The notes under the pieces were generated by a model. The model was not told where the DNA came from. It did no database searches and worked only from the letters and a program-made list of their open reading frames with translations. From positions 64,907 to 128,906 of the forward strand of contig CANRYZ010000001.1 in the NCBI GenBank assembly GCA_947644365.1: 64,000 nucleotides of DNA, read 5' to 3'. Positions 1-9,842 of the stretch are shown here, piece by piece. How positions within the stretch are numbered: the first letter of the stretch is position 1; each line of letters starts with the position of its first letter. Origin of the DNA: an uncultured Oscillibacter sp. GTDB lineage: Bacteria > Bacillota > Clostridia > Oscillospirales > Oscillospiraceae. The position numbers and the translations under genes are program-made.

Positions 1-411
1 GAGACGCTGGCCGTCGCCTGCTCCGGCGACGGCGTGGAGAACGTGGCGCGGGCCATTGGAGAGATGCGCGCCACCGGCGCGGACATCATCCTCTGTACCG
101 GCGGCATGAGCGTGGACCCGGACGACAACACCCCCGGCGGCATCCGGGCCTCCGGGGCGCGGATCGTCTCCTACGGCGCGCCGGTGCTCCCCGGGGCCAT
201 GCTGCTGGTAGGGTATTACGGGGACGGCACCCCTGTGCTGGGCCTGCCCGGATGCGTCATGTACGCCGGGGCCACGGTCTTCGATCTGGTGCTGCCCCGG
301 ATCGCGGTGGGGGTGGAGATTACCCGGGCGGATGTCGCCGCCATGGGCGAGGGGGGACTGTGTCTGGGCTGTGGAACCTGCGTATACCCCAACTGCGGGT
401 TTGGAAAGTAA
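1..411 (+). CDS. Molybdopterin-binding (MoeA/MoCF_biosynth-like) protein, 3' part; begins before the window
   Basis: TGGMSVDPDD and LGLPGCVM motifs, C-terminal CxxCxxCxxPxC; upstream of modABC. Confidence 0.8.
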   Translation, partial: ETLAVACSGDGVENVARAIGEMRATGADIILCTGGMSVDPDDNTPGGIRASGARIVSYGAPVLPGAMLLVGYYGDGTPVLGLPGCVMYAGATVFDLVLPRIAVGVEITRADVAAMGEGGLCLGCGTCVYPNCGFGK

Positions 412-454
412 ACAATTCTACCTTCGATAAAGTGTCTTTGAAAGTGCGGTGCCT

Positions 455-1282
455 ATGAAACGACTTCTGCCCATGCTGCTGGTCCTGCTGCTCCTGCCCG
501 CCTGCGGCGGCTCCAAAAATGTAGAGCTGACGGTCTTTGCCGCCGCCTCCCTCCAGGAGACGCTAACGGAAATCGGGGAGCTGTACCAAAAGGACCGCTC
601 CAACGCCGCCCTGGTCTTTAACTTCGACTCCTCCGGCACTCTCAAAACGCAAATCGCGGAGGGCGCAGAGTGCGACGTCTTCATCTCCGCCGGGCGGAAG
701 CAGATGGACGAGCTGGACGCCTCCGTAGCTCCCGCCGTCAACGCCGGCGCCCCGGAGGAAGCCGCCGGAGAGAATCCGGATTTCATTCTGCCGGACACCC
801 GGCTGGACCTGCTGGAAAACAAAGTTGTTCTGGCGGTCCCGGAGGGGAACCCGGCAAATATCCGCGGCTTTGACCACCTGGCGGAACGGTTGGAAAGCGG
901 CGGCGTCCTTCTGGCCATTGGAAACAGCGATGTGCCCGTGGGACAGTACACCCAGAAAATCTTCACCTATTACGGCCTGGACGAGGCCGCTCTGGCCGCT
1001 TCCGGCGTTCTGACCTACGGCTCCAACGTAAAGGAGGTCGCCACCCAGGTCTCCGAGGGCACCGTGGACTGCGGCGTTATCTACGCTACCGACGCCTTCT
1101 CCGCCGGATTGACCGTGGTGGACGAGGCCGCGGCGGAGATGTGCGGCCTTGTTGTCTATCCCGCCGCCGTGCTGAAAAACACCGCCCACCCCAAGGAGGC
1201 CAAGGCCTTTCTGGACTTCCTCGCGACGCCGGAGGCCGGGGCCATTTTTGAAAGCGTCGGTTTCACGCCCGTTGGCCGCTGA
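455..1282 (+). CDS. modA: Molybdate ABC transporter substrate-binding lipoprotein
   Basis: Lipobox LPAC, AAASL, SSGTL, VPVGQY and GVIYATDA motifs. Confidence 0.95.
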   Translation: MKRLLPMLLVLLLLPACGGSKNVELTVFAAASLQETLTEIGELYQKDRSNAALVFNFDSSGTLKTQIAEGAECDVFISAGRKQMDELDASVAPAVNAGAPEEAAGENPDFILPDTRLDLLENKVVLAVPEGNPANIRGFDHLAERLESGGVLLAIGNSDVPVGQYTQKIFTYYGLDEAALAASGVLTYGSNVKEVATQVSEGTVDCGVIYATDAFSAGLTVVDEAAAEMCGLVVYPAAVLKNTAHPKEAKAFLDFLATPEAGAIFESVGFTPVGR

Positions 1283-1299
1283 TTTCCCGGGAGGCTCCT

Positions 1300-1980
1300 A
1301 TGGACTGGTATCCCCTTTACAACTCCATACGGATCGCCGCCGTCTCCACCGCCGTGGTGTTCTTTCTGGGGCTTCTGGCCGCCTATTTTATCGCCAAGCT
1401 CCCCCGGCCGGTGAAGGGCGTTCTGGATGTGGTTCTAACCCTGCCCCTGGTGCTGCCGCCCACGGTAACCGGCTGGCTGCTGCTGATGCTGCTGGGTCCC
1501 CGGCGGCCCCTGGGCGCCTGGGTCCAGAGCGCCTTTGGCCTCCGGCTGGTCATGGTCTGGTGGTCCGCCGTCTTTGCCGCCGTTGTGGTGGCCTTTCCCC
1601 TGATGTACCGCACCGCCCGGGGCGCCTTCGAGAGCTTTGACGAGACCCTGGCGGAGGCCGGCCAGACCCTGGGCCTCTCCAACTCCTGGATATTCTGGCG
1701 GGTGCGGATGCCCTGCTGCCGCCAGGGCATTCTGGCGGGGACCGTGCTGGCCTTCGCCCGGACCCTGGGGGAATACGGCGCAACGTCCATGATCGCCGGA
1801 TATACCCCGGGCCGCACCGCAACCATCTCCACCACAGTCTACCAGCTCTGGCGCACCGGCGACGACGCCGGGGCCCTGAGATGGGTGCTGGTGAACATCG
1901 CCCTCTCCGCCGTCTTTCTGCTGGCGCTGAACCTGCTGGAGGCCCGGCGGCGGACCGGGAGAAAAGGAGGCGGCGGCTGA
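1300..1980 (+). CDS. modB: Molybdate ABC transporter permease
   Basis: LPLVLPPTVTG and FARTLGEYGAT motifs; GGAGG RBS. Confidence 0.95.
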   Translation: MDWYPLYNSIRIAAVSTAVVFFLGLLAAYFIAKLPRPVKGVLDVVLTLPLVLPPTVTGWLLLMLLGPRRPLGAWVQSAFGLRLVMVWWSAVFAAVVVAFPLMYRTARGAFESFDETLAEAGQTLGLSNSWIFWRVRMPCCRQGILAGTVLAFARTLGEYGATSMIAGYTPGRTATISTTVYQLWRTGDDAGALRWVLVNIALSAVFLLALNLLEARRRTGRKGGGG

Positions 1981-3029
1981 TGGCCCTCTCTGTGGACATT
2001 GAAAAGCGGCTGGGGGGCTTTCATCTAGCGGTCCGGTTTGAGACCGGAAACGAGACCCTGGCCCTGCTGGGGGCCTCCGGCTGCGGAAAGTCCGTGACGC
2101 TGCGGTGTGTCGCCGGGATCATGACCCCGGACGAGGGTCGGATCGTGCTGGACGGCGTCACCCTCTACGACAGCGCCGCCGGGATCGACCTGCCGCCCCA
2201 GCGGCGGCGAACCGGCTATCTCTTTCAGCAGTACGCCCTGTTCCCAAACATGACCGTCCGGCAGAACATCGCCGCGGTCATCCGGGACCGGACCCGGCGG
2301 CGAGAGCGCACGGAGGAGCTGCTCCGCCGCTTCCGCCTGGAGGACGCCGCCGGCCTGCGCCCCGGCCAGATCTCCGGCGGGCAGCAGCAGCGGGCGGCTC
2401 TGGCCCGCATCCTGGCCGCGGAGCCCCGGGCCATTTTGCTGGATGAGCCCCTCTCCGCCCTGGACAGCTTTCTGCGCCGCCAGCTGGAGCTGGAGCTGGC
2501 GGAGGCGCTGGCCTCCTTCTCCGGCACGGTGCTGTGGGTCTCCCACGACCAGGGGGAGGTGTTCCGGAACTGCAGCCGGGTCTGCGTCCTGGACCATGGC
2601 CGCTCCCAGGAGGTGTGCGGGACGGAGGAGCTGTTCCGCCGTCCGGAGACGGAGGCCGCCGCCCGGCTCTCCGGGTGCGAGAACTTCGCAGACGTTCTCC
2701 CGTCAGGCGCCGCCGTGAAGGTCCCGGGTTGGGGCCTCACGCTGGAGTGCGGACGGCCTGTGCCGGAAACGATCCGGCGGGCGGGTATCCGGGCCAGGCA
2801 CCTGCTCCCGGCGGAGCCGGGCGCCAAGAACGCCTTCCCCTGCCGCGCGGAACGTGTTATCCAGGATGTGTCCTCCGCCATCGTCCTGCTGCGGCCAGAG
2901 GCCGCCGCCCCCGGCGCTCCCCTGCTCCGCATGGAGCTGGACCGGGCCCTCTGGGCGGCGCTCCCCGAGCAGACAAACCTCACCGTCTCCGTCGACCCGG
3001 AGAAAATCATGCTCCTGCGGGAGCCGTAA
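1980..3029 (+). CDS. modC: Molybdate ABC transporter ATPase
   Basis: Walker A GASGCGKS, ISGGQQQR signature, LLDEP; TGATG overlap with the modB stop. Confidence 0.9.
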   Translation: MALSVDIEKRLGGFHLAVRFETGNETLALLGASGCGKSVTLRCVAGIMTPDEGRIVLDGVTLYDSAAGIDLPPQRRRTGYLFQQYALFPNMTVRQNIAAVIRDRTRRRERTEELLRRFRLEDAAGLRPGQISGGQQQRAALARILAAEPRAILLDEPLSALDSFLRRQLELELAEALASFSGTVLWVSHDQGEVFRNCSRVCVLDHGRSQEVCGTEELFRRPETEAAARLSGCENFADVLPSGAAVKVPGWGLTLECGRPVPETIRRAGIRARHLLPAEPGAKNAFPCRAERVIQDVSSAIVLLRPEAAAPGAPLLRMELDRALWAALPEQTNLTVSVDPEKIMLLREP

Positions 3030-3043
3030 AGGAGAATCTCTCT

Positions 3044-3550
3044 ATGTTCATCGCCGCCGTTATCACTGTCAGCGACCGCTGTTACCGGGGCGAGCGCCCG
3101 GACAGGGCCGGGCCGCTGGTGGCGGAGCTTCTGAAAGGCGCCGGATACCAGGTGGTCCAGACCGCCGTGGTGCCGGACGAGCGGTCCCAGATCGAACGGG
3201 TCCTGCGGGAGACCGCCGACATCGGATATGTCCAGCTTCTGGTCACCACCGGCGGCACCGGCTTCTCCCCCCGGGACGTAACGCCGGAGGCCACCCTGGC
3301 GGTCTGCACCCGCCTCGCCCCCGGCATTCCCGAGGCCATGCGGTACGCCTCCATGCAGACGACAAACCGGGCCATGCTCTCCCGGGCTCAGGCGGGCATC
3401 CGGCACGGGACTTTGATCGTCAACCTCCCGGGCTCCCCCAAGGCCGCCCAGGAGAACCTGGAGGCCGTCCTCCCCGCTCTGGCCCATGGTCTGGAGATGC
3501 TCTCCGGTCAGCCGGCGGACTGCGCCGCAGAGCGCTCCGCCGAATCATAG
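3044..3550 (+). CDS. mogA: MogA/MoaB family molybdopterin adenylyltransferase
   Basis: TVSDR, TTGGTGFSPRDVTPEA and NLPGSPKA motifs; AAGGAG RBS. Confidence 0.9.
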   Translation: MFIAAVITVSDRCYRGERPDRAGPLVAELLKGAGYQVVQTAVVPDERSQIERVLRETADIGYVQLLVTTGGTGFSPRDVTPEATLAVCTRLAPGIPEAMRYASMQTTNRAMLSRAQAGIRHGTLIVNLPGSPKAAQENLEAVLPALAHGLEMLSGQPADCAAERSAES

Positions 3551-3555
3551 GAAAA

Positions 3556-3586
3556 ACACCCCCACGGTCATTGACCGTGGGGGTGC
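3556..3586. terminator. Hairpin between convergent mogA and PBP genes
   Basis: CACCCCCACGGTCA-t-TGACCGTGGGGGTG inverted repeat with a 5' A-tract. Confidence 0.8.
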
Positions 3587-3588
3587 CG

Positions 3589-6300
3589 TTATGCCGCGGG
3601 GGTGGGGGTATTCCAGAGGTTGTCGAACCAGTTTCCGTCGCCGGGATCGCCGGTAGCGCCGGGGTCCGCGGCCGGGGGATTTTCAGGCTCCGTGGGCTCC
3701 TGGGGCTCGCCGGGTTCCGGCGTGGTGGCGCCGGGGTCTGTGGTAGTGGTATCGCCGGGATTCGCGGGCTCCACAGGCGGCTGCCAGTTGGGGTCAAAGG
3801 GGCCGTTGGGATCGTTGGGGTCATAGTTGCTGGGATTCTCCGGGTCGTAGGGCAGTCCGCCGCCGCCGTGGTAGGGACACCCGCCGGACTCCTCCATGGC
3901 CTTCTGGATGTTCACCAGCAGGTAGGGGTCGTCCTCAGAGGTGATGTTGGGGCCATAGTCCTCCCGCTCGTAGTTCAGCACGCCCTTCTCCACAATGGAG
4001 GACGCGGGACACAGCGCCCCGGCCAGGCACTCGCCCTCGGTACAGTAGTTGGCCATGGTGTGGAGGGTGCAGTCCTCCGTGGGGGCCAGGCCCGTGGGAA
4101 TCGTAAAGGAGACCGCCCGGTCGCCCCGGATGTCCGCGTGACAGGCGTCCGTACACCGCATCCCGCTGTCGGCGCAGACCGTCACGGTGGTCAGACCGCT
4201 CTCGGGCACCTCAAAGGACTTGTTGGGCAGGTCCTCGTGGATCTGCTGCATGACCTTCTTCCACATGGTGATGGCGGGGTTGCCGTTGTAGGAGATGCGC
4301 TCGGCGTATTTGTAGCCCGTCCAAACCGCCGCGCAGTAGTAGGGGGTGTAGCCCGCGAAGTAGCGGTCGCAGGCGGTGTTGGTGGTTCCGGTCTTGCCGG
4401 CGATGGTCATGCCGCTGAAATTGGCGGAGGCGCCGGTGCCGGAGGTGGCGGCCATGTTGAGCATCTTGGTCATGAGGTAGGCCGTGGTCTCCTTCATGGC
4501 CACGTGGGACTCCGGCTGGTTCTCCAGAATCACGTTGCCCTTGGAGTCCTCCACATAGGTGTAGGTCCGGGGCTTGTTGTAGACGCCCTTATTGACGAAG
4601 CAGGAGTAAGCCGCCGCCATCTCCACGGTGTTCAGGCCGTAGGTCAGTCCGCCCATGCCCAAGGGGCTGGGGGCCATGTCGTTGGGGTGGAGAGCCAGTC
4701 CCAGATTCTCCGTGGCGAAGGCGTAGGCCTCCACCGTGCCCACCGACTCCAGCGCCTGAACGGCGATGGTGTTGATGGACCGCCGGATGCCCTCCTGCAC
4801 CGACGTCCAGCCGGTGTACCTGTTGGGCGAGTTCTTGGGCCAGGGGCTTCCCCCCTCCAGGCGGACGGGGTAGTTGTCAAAGGTGGAGGCGGGGGTGATG
4901 GTCCCCGCGTCCAGGGCCGGGGCGTAGGCCGTCAGGGGCTTCATGGAGGAGCCCACCTGCTTTTTCATGGTGGCGTAGTTGCTCATCAGGTTCCCCTCCT
5001 TGGGGTCCATGGCGCCCACGATGGCCACCACATTCCCGGTGTAGGGGTCCATGACGGTGATGCCGGACTGGATGACCTGGCCCTTCTTGGAGGTGACGTC
5101 CAGATTGCTCCGGTCTGCGTAGACGGCCTCGGCGATGTCCTGGATCTTGGGGTCCATGGTGGTGTAGATCCGGTAGCCGCTGCGGTACATCAGCTTCAGG
5201 GCCGCCTCCTTGCTAATGTCGTACTTCTTGGCCAGGTCCGCCGACACATCCAGAAGCACCTGGTCCACGAACCAGTTGTTGATGCCGCTCCGGCCCGCCT
5301 TGGCGTTGGCCTCGGCCACCAGATCATCCGCCTCCACGGTGCCGTCGGTGAAGTTCAGGGGCTCCGCCCTGTAGCGGTCCCGCTCCTCCTCGGTGATATA
5401 GGGCTTGCCGGTGTCAGGGTTGACGACATCCCCTTCTTCCCCTCCGGCCATCCGGTCCAGGATGATCCCCTGCCGCTTCTTGTTGGCGGCCCGGGGAGTG
5501 GTGGTGGAGCCGTCCTCCCGGGTGATGGTGATGGTGGACATGGGGCCGTAGATCTCCGGGTTGTTGGTAATGGCGATGATGCTGGCGCACTCCGCCGTGC
5601 TGAGGTCCCACACGTCCTTGCCGAAATAGTATTGGGCCGCCGTCTGGACGCCGTAGCACCCCTTGCCCAGGTAGATGGTGTTGAGATACCGGGTGAGAAT
5701 CTGCTCCTTGGTGTTGTTCTTCTCAAACTGCAGCGCCCGGATGATCTCCCGAATCTTGCGGTTGACGGTAACCTCCGTATCCTCGGTCATCCTCCGCAGC
5801 ACCTGCTGGGTGATGGTGGACCCGCCAAAGGTATCCCCGCCCGTCAGAAAACTCTTCACCGCGCCCAGAGTCCGGTACCAGTCCACGCCGTGGTGCTGGA
5901 AGAACCGGTGGTCCTCGATGGCCACCGCCGCCTGCCACATGGCGTCCGGGATCTGGTCAAAGGTCACAAGAATCCGGTCCTCGTCGCCGTGGATGGTCTG
6001 ATACTCCACCCACTCCTTGGTCTCCTGGTCCTGGTAGTAAATGAAGGAGCTGAGGTCCAGCTCGTAGTCCTCCATGGACACCGTGAGACTGGGGGCCACG
6101 GTGGTGTTGATATACTGCAAAAAGACATAGGCGAACATCCCGGCGGTGAGGACGCCGATGAGCGCCACGGTAAACAGGCCAAACAGGACGCGGCCAAAGA
6201 TCCCGGCCGCCACGCGGACCGGGCTGCCACGCCGCTTTCGGGGCCTGCCGCCTGGGCGGCCGGTCTCCCGGGGCGCCTGCGGTCTCTTCTCGTGCTCCAA
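3589..6300 (-). CDS. Class A penicillin-binding protein (PBP1A-like transglycosylase/transpeptidase)
   Basis: EDHRFFQHHGVD, GGSTITQQ, RKIRE, SSMK (SxxK), SIN (SxN), KTGT motifs; TTG start at 6300 follows GGAGG (ATG 6327 is the alternative). Confidence 0.93.
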   Translation of the reverse strand: MEHEKRPQAPRETGRPGGRPRKRRGSPVRVAAGIFGRVLFGLFTVALIGVLTAGMFAYVFLQYINTTVAPSLTVSMEDYELDLSSFIYYQDQETKEWVEYQTIHGDEDRILVTFDQIPDAMWQAAVAIEDHRFFQHHGVDWYRTLGAVKSFLTGGDTFGGSTITQQVLRRMTEDTEVTVNRKIREIIRALQFEKNNTKEQILTRYLNTIYLGKGCYGVQTAAQYYFGKDVWDLSTAECASIIAITNNPEIYGPMSTITITREDGSTTTPRAANKKRQGIILDRMAGGEEGDVVNPDTGKPYITEEERDRYRAEPLNFTDGTVEADDLVAEANAKAGRSGINNWFVDQVLLDVSADLAKKYDISKEAALKLMYRSGYRIYTTMDPKIQDIAEAVYADRSNLDVTSKKGQVIQSGITVMDPYTGNVVAIVGAMDPKEGNLMSNYATMKKQVGSSMKPLTAYAPALDAGTITPASTFDNYPVRLEGGSPWPKNSPNRYTGWTSVQEGIRRSINTIAVQALESVGTVEAYAFATENLGLALHPNDMAPSPLGMGGLTYGLNTVEMAAAYSCFVNKGVYNKPRTYTYVEDSKGNVILENQPESHVAMKETTAYLMTKMLNMAATSGTGASANFSGMTIAGKTGTTNTACDRYFAGYTPYYCAAVWTGYKYAERISYNGNPAITMWKKVMQQIHEDLPNKSFEVPESGLTTVTVCADSGMRCTDACHADIRGDRAVSFTIPTGLAPTEDCTLHTMANYCTEGECLAGALCPASSIVEKGVLNYEREDYGPNITSEDDPYLLVNIQKAMEESGGCPYHGGGGLPYDPENPSNYDPNDPNGPFDPNWQPPVEPANPGDTTTTDPGATTPEPGEPQEPTEPENPPAADPGATGDPGDGNWFDNLWNTPTPAA

Positions 6301-6612
6301 AACTAGGGCACCTCCGTTCTGAATCATGAATTCCGGTAAAATCCGCTCAGAGCCCGTCCAATTTGGACAGCCGCCCGCGGAAACTTATAATGCACCATAA
6401 TATTTACTATTGTACCATCCCCTGTCAAGTTTGAAATTGTCGTATTTTCCGGAAAAATAGTTTCCAATTTGTATGATTCCCACCGGTTTGCGCAGAATAT
6501 ATCCCGTCCAAAGGGCCGTCTTTGCCGTATTTTCACAAGTTCAGCCCTTGCAATCCGCGAAAAACTCATGTACAATACATGCAAAGCCGCTGAGGCAGAA
6601 GGAGGACGCCCT

Positions 6613-6897
6613 ATGAGCGAGGAGTTCGGCCCCACCTTTATCACCGTCACCGATGAGGACGGCAACGAGATCGCCCTGGAGTTTATCGACGCTTTGGAAT
6701 TCAACGGCCAGATGTACCAGGCCTTCTTCCCCGCCGAGACCGAGGACAACGAGGACGACCCGGACAACGGCCTGGTGATTTTGAAGGTCATCCACGAGGA
6801 CGGAGAGGACCTTCTCTCCACCCTGGACTCCGACGAGGAATTAGAGGCGGTGTACGACCTGTTTATGGAGAGCCTATTCCAGGACGGGGACGAATAA
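6613..6897 (+). CDS. DUF1292 family acidic protein
   Basis: ITVTDEDGNE...FIDALEFNGQMY pattern, very acidic; AAGGAGG RBS; TTGCAA-17-TACAAT promoter at 6548-6576. Confidence 0.8.
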   Translation: MSEEFGPTFITVTDEDGNEIALEFIDALEFNGQMYQAFFPAETEDNEDDPDNGLVILKVIHEDGEDLLSTLDSDEELEAVYDLFMESLFQDGDE

Positions 6898-6935
6898 CCC
6901 CTTGCGTTTCCGCCAGGAATGTGATAGGATAATAC

Positions 6936-7129
6936 TACCCTGCGGGGTTCGTGATAGATCTCTTTTTAACCCACATTTCGTTATACGGGATGCCGGATCA
7001 GCGCGTGGTTCGCAGGCCTCCCGGCTGCCGTCTGCGGCTGGAAGTTGGAAGCGATAAAGCGCGCTGGAGGCGACCCACCTGTCCGTAAAGGTGCAGGTTA
7101 TAACGGGTCTACACGGCCTTCGCGGGGTA
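6936..7129 (+). ncRNA. ssrS: 6S RNA
   Basis: About 194 nt; 5' TACCCTGCGGGGTTCGTG pairs with 3' CACGGCCTTCGCGGGGTA; Firmicute 6S-like ACCCACCTG...GCAGGTT; promoter TTGCGT-17-TAGGAT (6902-6930); terminator follows; tcdA nearby as at B. subtilis bsrA. Confidence 0.8.
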
Positions 7130-7136
7130 CGTTTTT

Positions 7137-7167
7137 GCAGGGCAGGCAAACTGCCCTGTTTTGTTTT
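7137..7167 (+). terminator. Intrinsic terminator after 6S RNA
   Basis: CAGGGCAG-gcaaa-CTGCCCTG followed by a T-tract. Confidence 0.8.
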
Positions 7168-7458
7168 GCAGCACCAGGCCCTGTTTGAAAAATGGCCTAA
7201 TAAAAATTTCAGGCTGGTTTCAGGCGGGGAGGATATCCTCTCCGCAGAGGCCCGCGTCAAACCCGGTAAATCTCCGGCCCCTCATGGGCGGGGACGGCTC
7301 CCCAATTGGAAAAAAGACCAAAAATTCACAAAACCGCCACAGGGTTTAGAATTTCCACTTGCACAATAGAGCGGAATCCAGTATAATAGGCAAGTGCGTA
7401 AAATCCCGGCCGCAAAAACGGCAGGAACCACCAATACTTGAGAGGACTGAAACAACAA

Positions 7459-9036
7459 ATGAGCGCATCTAGAGAAAAGAAAGCCCGTCAGGAGCTGAAC
7501 AGCACCGGCTGGACCGACCCCAAGACCGCCCGTGAGGCACAGCAGCGCAAGGAGGAAAAGCGCAGCAGCATCCTCTACGGCGTCATCGCCGTGGTATTCG
7601 TGCTGGTGGCCATCACCGTTATCGTCTGGAAGAGCAACATCATCCAGAAGACCGCCACCGCCGCCACCGTCGACGGGCAGAAGTACACCGCCGCCGAGGT
7701 GACCTTCCACTATCAGAACGTCTACCGCAACTTCATCAACAACAATTACACCATGCTCTCCTACGGAATGCTGAGCCTGAATCCCAACGCCTCCCTCGCC
7801 GGCCAGACCCTGGGCGAGGGCGACGCCGCCATGCTGAATCTGGAGCCCGACGCCGTGGGCCAGACCTGGAAGGACTACTTCACCGACGAGGCCCTGGAGC
7901 AGATGGCCGCCATCCAGTCCGTGCTGAAAGCCGCCAAGGACGAGGGCTTCCAGTACCCCGCCAGCGTCCAGGAGAGCTATGACGCCGGTATGAAGACCAT
8001 CCGGGACAACGCCGCCGGCAGCGGCGTCTCCGTGGACCGCTACCTCCAGGCCAATCTGGGCGGCCTTATGACCGAGAAAGTCTACGGCCAGCGGCTGATG
8101 GCCACCCTCCAGTACGAGGCCTACGCCGCCGCCAAGGAGGAGAGCCTCGTCTACTCCGACGCAGATCTGGACGACGCCTACAAGGCCGACCGCAACGCGT
8201 ATGACCGGGTGAACTACGAGTCCGTCACCGTCTCCGGCACCGCCGAGTCCACCACCGACGCCGAGGGCAACACCGTGGAGCCCACCGAGGAGGAGACCGC
8301 GGCCGCCATGGCGGCCGCAAAGGCCAAGGCGGAGGAGATCCTGGCCGCCTACAAGGACGGCGAGAGCCTCGAGTCTCTGGCAGACCCGGACAACGGCATC
8401 ACCTACTCCCATCCGGAGAGCGCCTCTTACGCCGCCAACCCCACTCTGGAGTGGGCCTTCAACGACGCCCGGAAAGACGGCGATACCAAGGTGATCGAGA
8501 ATTCCGCCTCCTACACCGTCGCCCTGTTCCACAGCAAATCCCGCTTTGAGTACAACACCGTGGACGTGCGCCACGTGCTGGTCCGCCCCGAGGAGACCAC
8601 CCTCTCCAACGAGGACGAGGGCTACCAGGCCGACGTGGACGCCAAGCGGGCCGCCGCCAAGGCCACGGCCGAGGAGCTGTACGCCCAGTGGAAGTCCGGC
8701 GCGGCCACGGAGGACTCCTTCGCCGAGCTGGCCCGGGAGAATTCCGCCGACGGCAACGCCGCCCAGGGCGGTATCTACACGGAGGTCTATCAGGGCATGA
8801 TGGTCCCCACCTTCAACGACTGGTGCTTTGACGCCGGCCGCAAGCCCGGCGACAGCGGCATCGTGGAGACGGACTTCGGCTACCACATCATGTACTTCGT
8901 GGGCCAGAGCACGCCCTATTGGAAGGTTCAGGTCCGCACAAACCTGGCGAACGCCGAAATGGACGAGTGGTACGAGTCCTTCGCTCAGGACCACACCATT
9001 GACAAGAGCGATTCCGGCATGAAGTACGTCGGCTGA
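7459..9036 (+). CDS. PrsA-like membrane-anchored parvulin peptidyl-prolyl isomerase
   Basis: N-terminal TM; VRHVLV, FAELARENSAD, MVPTFNDW, ETDFGYHIM motifs. Confidence 0.88.
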   Translation: MSASREKKARQELNSTGWTDPKTAREAQQRKEEKRSSILYGVIAVVFVLVAITVIVWKSNIIQKTATAATVDGQKYTAAEVTFHYQNVYRNFINNNYTMLSYGMLSLNPNASLAGQTLGEGDAAMLNLEPDAVGQTWKDYFTDEALEQMAAIQSVLKAAKDEGFQYPASVQESYDAGMKTIRDNAAGSGVSVDRYLQANLGGLMTEKVYGQRLMATLQYEAYAAAKEESLVYSDADLDDAYKADRNAYDRVNYESVTVSGTAESTTDAEGNTVEPTEEETAAAMAAAKAKAEEILAAYKDGESLESLADPDNGITYSHPESASYAANPTLEWAFNDARKDGDTKVIENSASYTVALFHSKSRFEYNTVDVRHVLVRPEETTLSNEDEGYQADVDAKRAAAKATAEELYAQWKSGAATEDSFAELARENSADGNAAQGGIYTEVYQGMMVPTFNDWCFDAGRKPGDSGIVETDFGYHIMYFVGQSTPYWKVQVRTNLANAEMDEWYESFAQDHTIDKSDSGMKYVG

Positions 9037-9057
9037 TCTCAGCAGATTCTTGGGATA

Positions 9058-9090
9058 ACGGGACGGCCCGGGGGCCGTCCCGTTTCTCTT
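9058..9090 (+). terminator. Intrinsic terminator
   Basis: AACGGGACGGCC...GGCCGTCCCGTT plus TCTCTT. Confidence 0.65.
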
Positions 9091-9104
9091 ATGGAGGCCG
9101 CCTT

Positions 9105-9842
9105 ATGAAGGAACAATTCCTGCGCAATGAGATGCTGTGGGGCCGGGAGGGCCAGGAGCGGCTGGCCGCCGCCCACGTCATCGTATTCGGCCTGGGGGGC
9201 GTGGGCAGCTACGCCGCCGAGTGTCTGGCCCGGGCGGGTATCGGAGAGCTGACGCTGGTGGACAGCGACACCGTCTCCGTCACCAACCTGAACCGCCAGC
9301 TGGAGGCCCTGTGGTCCACCGTGGGCCAGCCCAAGGCGGAAGCCGCTGCCGCCCGCGTCCGGGACATCCATCCGGAGGCGGTCCTCCACCCTATCCACGG
9401 CCTCTACGACGCCGCCCACCGGGAGGACTTCTTCCCCGCCGGGCGCCGGTATGACTACATCGTGGACGCCATCGACCTTGTGAGCTGCAAGCTGGACTTG
9501 GCGGAGACCGCCCGGCGGCTGAATATCCCCCTCGTCATGGCCCTGGGCACTGGCAACAAGCTGGACCCCACCCAGCTGCGGGCGGCGGACATCTCGGAGA
9601 CCTACGGCTGTCCCCTGGCCCGGGTGATGCGAAAAGAGCTGCGAAACCGGGGCATCCTCCATCAAAAAGTCGTGTTCAGCCCGGAGCAGGCCGCTCCCAG
9701 CCGCCAGCTGGAGGCCCCGCCGCCGGGACGGCGCAGCGTCCCCGCCAGCAATCCCTGGCTCCCCGCCGCGGCGGGTCTGCTGCTGGGCAGCATTGTGGTG
9801 CGGGACATCCTTGACCAGAAAGAGAGCGATTCGATATGCTGA
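9105..9842 (+). CDS. tcdA: tRNA threonylcarbamoyladenosine dehydratase (ThiF family)
   Basis: GLGGVGS, TNLNRQ, DAID, CPLARVMRKELR, VVFSPE motifs. Confidence 0.9.
   Translation: MKEQFLRNEMLWGREGQERLAAAHVIVFGLGGVGSYAAECLARAGIGELTLVDSDTVSVTNLNRQLEALWSTVGQPKAEAAAARVRDIHPEAVLHPIHGLYDAAHREDFFPAGRRYDYIVDAIDLVSCKLDLAETARRLNIPLVMALGTGNKLDPTQLRAADISETYGCPLARVMRKELRNRGILHQKVVFSPEQAAPSRQLEAPPPGRRSVPASNPWLPAAAGLLLGSIVVRDILDQKESDSIC

Noticed and set aside
2854-6306. 1150-aa plus-strand ORF
   Set aside because: Antisense shadow of the PBP gene, typical of high-GC codon bias; no recognisable motifs
7091-7369. Short ORFs overlapping the 6S RNA region
   Set aside because: They cross the RNA 3' stem and terminator and lack an RBS
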